Positions 1-11,163 of a stretch of DNA of 32,000 bases are shown piece after piece (position 1 is the first letter of the stretch; every line of letters begins with the position of its first letter). This DNA is from Thermosulfurimonas dismutans (GTDB lineage: Bacteria > Desulfobacterota > Thermodesulfobacteria > Thermodesulfobacteriales > Thermodesulfobacteriaceae): contig NZ_LWLG01000001.1 of the NCBI RefSeq assembly GCF_001652585.1, forward strand, positions 330,001-362,000, read 5' to 3'. The notes under the pieces were generated by a model. It made no database searches. It worked only from the letters and a program-made list of their open reading frames with translations, and was not told the DNA's origin. Both the position numbers and the translations under genes were made by a program.

Positions 1-202
1 GTATTTCGGCTTTCAATTTTTCGGAGAGGTTGGCGTAAAGCCAGACCTCTCTGTCCGGCGTTTCTGGAAAGGCCCGAGCGTAGCAGTAGACACAGGCATG
101 AAGACATCCCCGGGTAAGATTTATGGAAGGGGTGCCTTTGAGGCACCCGAAGGCCGGCTTTTTTAAAACTGGGGTTTTCCTTTCGATTGTCCGGAGATAC
201 AT
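1..202 (-). CDS. Radical SAM protein, N-terminal 67 codons (gene continues beyond the left edge)
   Basis: Minus-strand frame from ATG (plus 202-200) reads MYLRTIERKTPVLKKPAFGCLKGTPSINLTRGCLHACVYCYARAFPETPDREVWLYANLSEKLKAEI. CLHACVYC is a CxxxCxxC radical-SAM cluster motif in the usual N-terminal position. Absent from the ORF track because it runs off the window edge. Confidence 0.6.
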   Translation of the reverse strand, partial: MYLRTIERKTPVLKKPAFGCLKGTPSINLTRGCLHACVYCYARAFPETPDREVWLYANLSEKLKAEI

Positions 203-214
203 TAGCTTTAAAAG

Positions 215-223
215 ATTATAACA
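215..223 (-). promoter_or_regulatory. Extended -10 element (TGTTATAAT) for the radical SAM gene, giving a very short or absent leader
   Basis: Minus strand reads gaaTGtTATAATcttttaaagctaATG. The -10 ends 12 nt before the ATG and no Shine-Dalgarno sequence is present. No good -35 element. Confidence 0.35.
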
Positions 224-231
224 TTCGGGGC

Positions 232-259
232 TTGACAGCAGGAAAGGAAGGGTTACATT
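232..259 (+). promoter_or_regulatory. rrn promoter P1 candidate
   Basis: TTGACA (232-237), 16-nt spacer, TACATT (254-259), upstream of the 16S gene. Confidence 0.5.
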
Positions 260-272
260 AAAAGCCGTCAGT

Positions 273-285
273 CGCTCTTTAGAAC
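273..285 (+). promoter_or_regulatory. boxA-like antitermination box (leader, after P1)
   Basis: CGCTCTTTAGAAC compared with the E. coli boxA TGCTCTTTAACAA. Confidence 0.4.
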
Positions 286-327
286 CTGTCAGGTGTTAGA
301 GCCCCCAACGGGATGTCCGATGGGGGG

Positions 328-355
328 TTGACAGTCTTCTGTGAGTAGTTATAAT
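328..355 (+). promoter_or_regulatory. rrn promoter P2 candidate
   Basis: TTGACA (328-333), 16-nt spacer, consensus TATAAT (350-355), about 96 bp downstream of P1. This is a tandem arrangement like classical rrn P1/P2. Confidence 0.65.
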
Positions 356-375
356 AAGCTTCGCCTGGTTGAGGT

Positions 376-388
376 TGATCTTTGAAAA
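376..388 (+). promoter_or_regulatory. boxA-like box (leader, after P2)
   Basis: TGATCTTTGAAAA matches boxA TGCTCTTTAACAA at 10 of 13 positions. Confidence 0.35.
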
Positions 389-413
389 CTGAATAGTGGC
401 GCATGGGCAGGCC
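384..413 (+). other. 5' half of the 16S precursor processing stem (pairs with 2089-2120)
   Basis: Leader gaaaactgaatagtggcgcatgggcaggcc is nearly the exact reverse complement of trailer ggcctgtccatgtaagccactattcagctttc. This is the RNase III-type helix that brackets 16S. Confidence 0.6.
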
Positions 414-483
414 TCCGTGTTTCAGCCTCGGCGGCCTGGAATCTTCCCTTAAGGGTGATTCCGGAGCCGGGAGGTTTGAATTT

Positions 484-2056
<1,573 letters not shown>

Positions 2057-2132
2057 CTAAGGAGTAATCTTTAAGAACTTGAAAGAACGGCCTGTCCATG
2101 TAAGCCACTATTCAGCTTTCAGGGATCAACTT

Positions 2133-2145
2133 TGCTCTTTAAAAG
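2133..2145 (+). promoter_or_regulatory. boxA-like box in the 16S-tRNA spacer
   Basis: TGCTCTTTAAAAG compared with TGCTCTTTAACAA. Confidence 0.45.
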
Positions 2146-2173
2146 TTTTTGTTTGGGGTGAACGGGCAAGGTT

Positions 2174-2252
2174 GGGCCTATAGCTCAGCGTAGGTCAGAG
2201 CGCACGCCTGATAAGCGTGAGGTCGGTGGTTCGAATCCACCTAGGCCCACCA
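2174..2252 (+). tRNA. tRNA-Ile (anticodon GAT), CCA encoded
   Basis: GGGCCTATAGCTCAG...CTGATAA anticodon loop...GGTTCGAATCC...TAGGCCCACCA; cloverleaf folds by eye; located in the rrn spacer. Confidence 0.95.
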
Positions 2253-2277
2253 AATATTTGGGCCGTAGGGCCCTAGT

Positions 2278-2353
2278 GGGGGTGTAGCTCAGTTGGGAGA
2301 GCACCGGCTTTGCAAGCCGGGGGTCGACGGTTCGAGTCCGTTCACCTCCACCA
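2278..2353 (+). tRNA. tRNA-Ala (anticodon TGC), CCA encoded
   Basis: GGGGGTGTAGCTCAG...TTTGCAA loop...GGTTCGAGTCC...CACCTCCACCA. The G3:U70 alanine identity pair is present. Confidence 0.95.
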
Positions 2354-2407
2354 CCTGCGGGTTTAAGAAGAGAGTTTGGGCTCTCGCTTAAGCCCGCAGG
2401 TTGGGTA

Positions 2408-2420
2408 TGCTCTTTGACAA
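2408..2420 (+). promoter_or_regulatory. boxA box preceding 23S
   Basis: TGCTCTTTGACAA has a single mismatch to E. coli boxA TGCTCTTTAACAA. Confidence 0.6.
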
Positions 2421-2440
2421 GTGAATATGGGTATCCGTTT

Positions 2441-2458
2441 GGCATCTTGACCGGCCTG
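2441..2458 (+). other. 5' half of the 23S precursor processing stem (pairs with about 5525-5543)
   Basis: ggcatcttgaccggcctg compared with the reverse complement of cttgggccggcaaggtgcc. In addition, the mature ends GGCCAAGC (2480-2487) and GCTTGGCC (5493-5500) form helix 1. Confidence 0.55.
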
Positions 2459-2479
2459 AGCAAATTTTTAAAAGTTTGT

Positions 2480-5502
<3,023 letters not shown>

Positions 5503-5586
5503 CAGCTGGCTTTATTTAAGAATTCTTGGGCCGGCAAGGTGCCGGCGGTATACCCATATTCGCTTGTCCTAGATTTGGACAAGTTT

Positions 5587-5705
5587 CCCGGGTGCCCATA
5601 CCGGAGGGGCCACACCCGTTCCCATTCCGAACACGGTCGTTAAGCCCTCCAGGGCCGATGGTACTGGGGCGTTACCGCCCTGGGAGAGTAGGTCGGTGCC
5701 CGGGG
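5587..5705 (+). rRNA. rrf: 5S ribosomal RNA
   Basis: CCCGGGTGCCCATACC...CCCATTCCGAACACGG...GGGAGAGTAGGTCGGTGCCCGGGG; the two termini pair with each other. Confidence 0.93.
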
Positions 5706-5716
5706 TTGATTTTCTG

Positions 5717-5757
5717 AGCCCGGCTGGGAGTTATCCTGGCCGGGCTTTTTTGTTTTT
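5717..5757 (+). terminator. Rho-independent terminator of the rrn operon
   Basis: AGCCCGGC...GCCGGGCT stem followed by TTTTTTGTTTTT. Confidence 0.8.
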
Positions 5758-5784
5758 AAAGGGATAAAACTCTTTCTTTGTTGC

Positions 5785-7092
5785 TGCACAGGGAAAATGT
5801 TACCCCCTTCGGATTTTCGGTTCTGATCTTTAGTCGTAGCCGCTTTTTTGCCTCGTCTTACCCAGCCCTTAATAGGGTATCTCTCCTTGGCTCGGGATAA
5901 AAGATCGTGAAGGTGCCATCGAAAATCTTCTTCACTTTCACCTCGAGTCCTGCAAGTCTTTTCATCCGTATTTTGGATTTGAGCTGAAGGATTCGTCCTT
6001 CTACCGAGATGGTGAGATCGTTTTTGAGGCTTCTCTCAAAGGTCCGGCAGAGGATTTCTTTCAGGTCATTAGGAGGTGTTCTCCAGGCCAGGGATTGGAT
6101 CTTCCGGTTCTACGGCGAACTTTCTCATATAGCTGAAGAACCGGTTGAGGTAATGGATGACTTCTTCGGGATCAGAAATCCCCTCAAGGGCCCGTTTTTT
6201 GACCAATCGATCTTGGAGGTGGCGAAACTTCATTCTATGCGGCCTCGGGCTTGAGGGGGGAATGGGCGAAGATGAGGTTTATGTTGATTTTGGCCATGGC
6301 TATTTGGAAACAGGTAGGGTTTCCTACAGTCTGTTTGACGTGAACGCCTTCGTGCCGGGTGGTTATGAAGACCGAATGTCTGTCGAGGCAAAGGTTTTCT
6401 GGGAGGCTGTATTTTTGGAAGACTTGGTAGCAGACTTCGAAGTAGGCCATAAGGGACTCTCTTTTGACGAAATTTCCGTAGAGAGGTTTTCCTCCGGTGG
6501 CGTCATCGAGGGCGTAGGGTTTACACCGAACCAGGGGTGGAGGGAACCGTCGATGAAGACGATCTGGCCTTCTTTGGGGCTCGCTTTCGGCGTTTTGTGC
6601 GGCGGTAACGTTTTTAGGTGGTGGAAGGGGATCCGCCTCCTTAAGCCAACGTCTTAGGGTTTCCCGGCTTAGCCGGATACATTCCAGTTCTTTGAGCATA
6701 TCAGTGAAATGGGAAAGGTTGAAGTATTGAAGTTTTGGTATTTGGACTGGTAGAGGGTCAGGACGGTTTGCTTAAGGGAGGAGGGGAAGGCATTTTGGGG
6801 TTTGCGACCACGGTTACCGTGAAGGGGCCCTTTAGGGCCATATTTTGAGGACTTTCTTTTTGAGGCGGATAAATTGTCGTTTGGAGAGGCCGAGTTGTTT
6901 GGGCCCTTCGGCATTGGAGAGTTTATGATTCAGAGCTTGCTGGATGACATGGTATCTGACGGGATCCTAGACGGTAAACCTCCCTTTGTGATCTCCATGG
7001 GTCCCTCCCGAGACAAGATCTTTGAGACCTATGGGTACCTCAGGGGGTGACAAAATCCCTATGCACTTAAGGGGTGACATAGTCGCTGTGCA
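5785..7092 (-). mobile_element. ISNCY-type insertion sequence, inactivated (about 1.3 kb)
   Basis: Terminal inverted repeats: left TGCACAGGGAAAATGTTACCCC (5785-5806); right GGGGTGACATAGTCGCTGTGCA (7071-7092), 18 of 22 complementary. A second inner copy GGGGTGACAAAATCCCTATGCA lies at 7044-7065. The interior encodes a broken DDE transposase. No target-site duplication was recognised. Confidence 0.65.
5858..6975 (-). pseudogene. ISNCY-family (integrase-core DDE) transposase, at least 3 frameshifts
   Basis: Pieces lie in different minus-strand frames. HTH part: VRYHVIQQALNHKLSNAEGPKQLGLSKRQFIRLKKK. Then HGNRGRKPQNAFPSSLKQTVLTLYQSKY, then LDDATGGKPLYGNFVKRESL...LDRHSVF...NLIFAHSP, then FRHLQDRLVKKRALEGISDPEEV, then the C-terminal DLTISVEGRILQL...stop at 5858. 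Family recognised from memory of ISNCY transposases. Confidence 0.6.
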
Positions 7093-7470
7093 ATGACACA
7101 TATAACGATACCCCCCTTGACAGAAAAATAAGCAAAAGCTATCCCTTCTCTTAAGGCCTAGGGGTAGAGGTGGGGTATCTATTTCGAAAACAGGGTTGAG
7201 ATTGTAAAGAACAACCTCAGAGAAGGGCTGGATGAGGGGGGCCGATCCTGCCTCACGGAGGCCTTCGGGCTCGGGGACGAGGAACGGCTGATCCTTCTCC
7301 TGGCCTTCGCCTTCGAAAGCGGAAAGCTTGTTCCTTCTCCCGATTTCCCCTGGGCTAAACCGAGGGCCGTAGCTCGCCTGGCCGGACTATATTACCGGAG
7401 GGGCCGAGCCCTTTTCGACCCCCGTGGGAGGCTTCTCCGTTTTCGACTTCTCAGATTTCTTCTGGGCTTT

Positions 7471-7944
7471 GTGGACTATCCCCTCCTTGATCGACCTTAC
7501 GTGTTGCCGGAGGCCCTCCTCGATCGTTTAACCGGTATCAGCTCCGTCCTTTCCGGGGTAAAGGAGCTTCCTCCTGCGGAAGATGGTCTTTTTCACGAGA
7601 AGGCCGTAGAGATCGCCCAGGTCTGTCGTTGCAAGAAGGTCGCCGGCGGAACCCTGCTCCTAGAACTGATGCGTTCCCCCGAGGCCTCTATCCTTCTCAT
7701 CGAAGGTATTCTGGCCTTACTCGGCCTTTCGGCCTGGACATTTAATCTTGAGGAGGCCAAGAACTCCGGCATCGACTTTCGACTCGCCCCGGGCCTCTCC
7801 TACAATGTCTCCGTGTTTAAGCGGAGAGAGGCCTTTTTGTATTTTTCTATGTATCCGGTATTCGACGGCACCCTTTTTCCTCATATTACTATAGAGTTTA
7901 GGGATAAGGGTAAGGCGTATTTTGCCTATTTTATTCGATTTTAA
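7471..7944 (+). CDS. Hypothetical protein resembling the N-terminal region of a bacterial AAA+ ATPase family, with no Walker A motif. The frame is open from 7168 without a canonical start, so this may be a decaying gene.
   Basis: The first ATG/GTG/TTG in frame is GTG 7471, with no SD. The frame is open upstream to 7168 and reads ...LTEAFGLGDEERLILLLAFAFESGK...FDPRGRLLRFRLLRF...YVLPEALLDRLTGI, like the N-terminal domain of that ATPase family. At the expected P-loop position the sequence reads GGTLLLELMRSPEASILLIEGILALLG. Confidence 0.4.
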   Translation: MDYPLLDRPYVLPEALLDRLTGISSVLSGVKELPPAEDGLFHEKAVEIAQVCRCKKVAGGTLLLELMRSPEASILLIEGILALLGLSAWTFNLEEAKNSGIDFRLAPGLSYNVSVFKRREAFLYFSMYPVFDGTLFPHITIEFRDKGKAYFAYFIRF

Positions 7945-8051
7945 AAGTTTTAGGCATAAGGAACCAGAATTAGCGAATATGTTTATTGAAAAGTTTAACG
8001 GTATTAATTTTAGAATTATTTTCCTCAGTGAATAGGATAGGAGGTAAAGTT

Positions 8052-9458
8052 ATGAGCAAGGAATGTTTGGCTCTAGTCTTTTCTGACCTCCATCTCGGCG
8101 AGGAAGACAGTATCCTCATGTATCCCGACTCCAATGAGGGAGTGAATCGCCATTATCTGGAGGCCTTGAAGGAATTCCTATCCCAAAGTATCGGGACGGA
8201 AAGGGTACGCTACTTGATTCTGGCCGGCGATGCCTTGGATCTTTCTTTGGCCCGGCGACGGCAGGCCTTTTTGGCTTTCAAGACCTTTCTCGAGGGGATG
8301 CAAGATCTTTTCAGCGAGGCGGTAATTTATCTTCCGGGGAATCATGATCATCACCTTTGGGTAGCCCTCCAGGAAGAGGCCCTCATCTTTCAGAAGGTCC
8401 GCGCGGGTCGTCCGGTAGAACCCTATTACCACGCCCTTTGCCCATATCTTGACGAGGAGGGTATCCGCATTCCCGGCCGGAGAGTGAGTACCCCGTACGG
8501 AAAGAAGACTTTTCTCTATCACCTTCTCTCTGCCGAGGCCCAGGAAGACGGTCGGGGAATTCTCGTCGCTTATCCGAATCTTTATGTGCATACGGGCGAT
8601 TTTTCCATCCTTATCACACATGGTCACTTTTTTGAGGAGGCCTGGAGGCTCTTCACCGATCTTTTGAAAGAATCTCTGGCCAAAATGGGATTAAAGCGTT
8701 TGAATTTTAAGAAGCTCGAACAGATAAATTCCCCCTTCATCGAGTTTGGTTGGTATTCCCTTGGCCAGGCCGGAGAACTGAGCAAGCTCATCGAAAAACT
8801 CTGGGACGACCTCCAGGCCGGAGGCACAGGGCCGATCACCGAGGGAGTACTCGAGGACCTTATCCACTATCTTGACGAACGCCTCACCCGGGAGCCCCGT
8901 CACAGAAAATCCCTCCTCGGGAAACTGGGCGCTCTCATGGGCCACTTCACCGGCACGCTATTTGAGGTGGGTTCGGATGCAGCCTTGCGGTTCATTGCAG
9001 AGATCCTCAAATACACAATCGTTGCCCAATTAGCCCCTAAAGGTGACCGGCACTCCGGGGCGCCTTTACGACATTTCCCGCGCATCTTAAGTGAGGATAG
9101 GACCAGGGCCCGCATTGAGGACTACTTGGAGATGGCCCTTCCGGCCTTTAAAGAGCTTAACACCTTAATCTTTGGTCACACCCACGTACCCTTTGAGCAC
9201 GGAAGGATTGAAATCGACACCGTAGCCGGTAGAAAAGGCGTGACCTGTTTCAACACCGGAGGTTGGGTGACTGACGTCTACGAGGCCGATCATCTGGCCA
9301 TCAGCAGGCCTTTTGTCTTCGCCTTAGGAGAGGAAGTCAAGACCTTGGAGATACCTTGGCCATCTTACGAAGAGTTTGAGTCCATTCTCGAGGGCGTAGA
9401 GGGGGAAGATCAGGCCCGGGAACTGGTAAAAAAGCTGGCTTGGGGCAAACTTTTTTAA
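8052..9458 (+). CDS. Calcineurin-like metallophosphoesterase, 468 aa, with a large helical insertion
   Basis: GGAGGT SD lies 6 nt before ATG 8052. MPP motifs appear in order: SDLHLG (DxH), AGDALD (GDxxD), PGNHDHH (GNHD/E), ITHGH, IFGHTHVP (GHxH). Confidence 0.8.
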   Translation: MSKECLALVFSDLHLGEEDSILMYPDSNEGVNRHYLEALKEFLSQSIGTERVRYLILAGDALDLSLARRRQAFLAFKTFLEGMQDLFSEAVIYLPGNHDHHLWVALQEEALIFQKVRAGRPVEPYYHALCPYLDEEGIRIPGRRVSTPYGKKTFLYHLLSAEAQEDGRGILVAYPNLYVHTGDFSILITHGHFFEEAWRLFTDLLKESLAKMGLKRLNFKKLEQINSPFIEFGWYSLGQAGELSKLIEKLWDDLQAGGTGPITEGVLEDLIHYLDERLTREPRHRKSLLGKLGALMGHFTGTLFEVGSDAALRFIAEILKYTIVAQLAPKGDRHSGAPLRHFPRILSEDRTRARIEDYLEMALPAFKELNTLIFGHTHVPFEHGRIEIDTVAGRKGVTCFNTGGWVTDVYEADHLAISRPFVFALGEEVKTLEIPWPSYEEFESILEGVEGEDQARELVKKLAWGKLF

Positions 9459-9513
9459 CAGGAGCTTCATTGATATTGGAGGGTATTAGATCTCCGATGA
9501 AAGGGCCGCAATC

Positions 9514-9540
9514 GGGCTCCCTTCGGAGTGTTGTTTTTTT
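9514..9540 (+). terminator. Weak terminator candidate after the phosphoesterase gene
   Basis: Short CTCC-cttc-GGAG stem-loop followed by TGTTGTTTTTTT. The stem is only 4-5 bp. Confidence 0.3.
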
Positions 9541-9649
9541 ATATCATAATCTACAAAGAACCCTCAAAAAACTCGCCTTTCCTTACTCCGAAAAGTCCAT
9601 GCAGTATGCTCTGGAATTCTTAATCCTTCTAGGGAAAACGAGACTCCTA

Positions 9650-10430
9650 CTGCAAACAAGTTCTCCCGCCAGACTGGTTCGATATCTGCATTGATGCTTA
9701 CCGGGAAAGATTAGAGACCCGGGAACCGGTGCCCTCAAAGGGCTCCCCGTTTTTGTGCCCCTCGGTATAGCTTTCGAGGCTTGTTCTTCTGGCCCTTAAA
9801 AGGCTGAGAAAATAAGACCTTCTGGACAGAAATTATACAGAATTCTTGAGCCGAGGCCTCAAAAGGCATCTACTTTTCGTCACCGATGACTTCCGGAGCC
9901 TTACTGAAGCCACCTCCAATTTCTTCCCCTATAACTCAGCTCTACCTTCGGCGTAACTTTAAAGCCAAATTTCCTTCAAGGATTATCGCAGAGTAAGGGA
10001 GTTCTTTCCCAAACTGAAGATCTGATCGGATAGACAGGAAGGGGAGAGACTATTTGCAGAACTTTGCCGGGTGGTCAAGAACGAATATAGCCAATGGGGC
10101 CAGAGCCTTGAGGAAAAGGCTTCCCGTTACCTAGCCTTTCTAGATTGCCCCAGAGAAGTGAGAAAATACATCTATTCCCCCAATCCTGTGGAAAGCATCA
10201 ATTCCGGGCTAGCTAGGATGGCTATGGAGCTTGGAAACTATTTTCCTTTGGAAAAGGCTCTCGAAGTGAACCTTTTCGTCCAAATGGCCGATCTCTAGTA
10301 GAGGTGGTGACTAAAACTCTTGTCCACCGTTCAGGCCTTGAGCTACGAGCTCTAGAAGAAGTTTATTTTGACCTATGAACTCAAGCAATCTAAAATGCCT
10401 TTACACAAAAGGCCCTGTAGGTCTTCTCAG
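9650..10430 (+). pseudogene. IS256-family (mutator-type) transposase relic: central and C-terminal parts only, with frameshifts and stops
   Basis: Fragments WFDICIDAYRERLETREPV (compare the YxxLxxDAxYxKVR block) and RGLK..LLFVTDDFRSLTEATSNFFP. An intact tail ORF at 10071-10298 contains IYSPNPVESINSGLARM (the TNxIESLN block). An IS256-like end TTTACACAAAAGG lies at about 10400. No N-terminal third and no left inverted repeat were found. Confidence 0.55.
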
Positions 10431-10507
10431 GGGGCGTGACGTTGTCCCTCAGATTGAAGTCAGCCTCACTTGTCCCGCACCGACACTTAATCCTAATCTC
10501 TAGGAAC

Positions 10508-10539
10508 ATTAAGATACTTCTTATTAGGAGTATCTTAAT
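10508..10539. repeat. Perfect 11-bp inverted repeat with a 10-nt spacer
   Basis: ATTAAGATACT-tcttattagg-AGTATCTTAAT, located 104 nt upstream of the 10643 start. Confidence 0.6.
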
Positions 10540-10642
10540 CCACTATTACATAAAGCTGGGCAGATGGTCAAGATGGAGCTTTGCGAAGGATTCGCTCCAG
10601 AGTATAGGTGACCATAATCATTTTGATTTTAAGGGGGACACT

Positions 10643-11020
10643 ATGGAGAAATTTGTCGCCTGTCTCAACTGTATGGATGGTCGGGTTCAGGAACCGGTGA
10701 TCTCCTGGGTCAAGGAAAACCTGGGGATTCCCTTCGTGGATATGATTACCGAGCCCGGGATGGATGGCCTTCTGGGAAGAAATTTCGGGGAGGAGATTCC
10801 GCCACCCATCCTCGCTAAACTGCAAATATCTCTTAAAAAGCACGGCTCAAAGACTGTGATCGTGGTGGGCCACTACGACTGTGCCGGAAATCCGGTAGAT
10901 GAAAACACGCATAAGGAACATCTCCGGGTAGCGGTGGAAAAACTTCGCAAGCTCTATCCGGAACTTACAGTGATAGGGCTCTGGGTTTCCGAAAAGTTCA
11001 GAGCCGAGAGATGGTTTTAG
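10643..11020 (+). CDS. Small (125 aa) beta-carbonic-anhydrase-like metal-binding protein (putative)
   Basis: ATG 10643 is preceded by AAGGGGG. CMDGR (CxDxR) and VVGHYDCAG (HxxC) resemble the beta-CA zinc-ligand motifs. The protein is much shorter than canonical beta-CAs. Confidence 0.45.
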   Translation: MEKFVACLNCMDGRVQEPVISWVKENLGIPFVDMITEPGMDGLLGRNFGEEIPPPILAKLQISLKKHGSKTVIVVGHYDCAGNPVDENTHKEHLRVAVEKLRKLYPELTVIGLWVSEKFRAERWF

Positions 11021-11163
11021 AGTTTGGCCAGCAAGCAGGAATACCGTAAGATGTTGGGTGGTAAAGACTTTAGCGACGGAGAAAATCCCCTCTTTGAGAG
11101 GGGGATAGGATGCCCTTTTGGGCCTGCGAGGTTAAAAGAAAGAACCTTTGCGGAGGTGGGGAT

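Noticed and set aside
129-166. Hairpin GGTGCCtttgaGGCACC followed by GCCGGC and a T-run. It looked like a terminator for a gene ending near 117.
   Set aside because: On the minus strand this stretch is in frame inside the radical-SAM N-terminus (…KKPAFGCLKGTPSINLTRGC…). The plus-strand 38-codon frame gives an implausible basic peptide.
6157-6657. Long antisense or shadow ORFs. These are 6157-6657(+), 8178-8627(-), 13859-14401(-), 18587-19036(-), 20228-20686(+), 28487-29008(+) and 29665-30144(+).
   Set aside because: Each overlaps a strongly supported gene on the other strand or in another frame, and none carries a motif I can recognise.
7986-8051. Longer 5' extensions offered by the ORF track. 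These are TTG 7986 (phosphoesterase), 10436 (CA-like), ATG 11110 (dehydrogenase), 23606 (vapB), 30163 (cytochrome) and TTG 28439 / GTG 28963 (pncB / pncA).
   Set aside because: In each case an internal ATG has a well-spaced GGAGG-type SD, or gives ATGA/TGATG stop-start coupling. The internal start also places the first conserved motif at its normal N-terminal distance.
10399-10411. The 13-mer CTTTACACAAAAG is shared between the IS256-like end (10399-10411) and the trpB2 upstream region (22755-22767). I considered a second solo IS end marking an island boundary.
   Set aside because: Several exact 13-mer coincidences are expected by chance in a 32-kb window when both strands are counted. The flanking bases diverge immediately.
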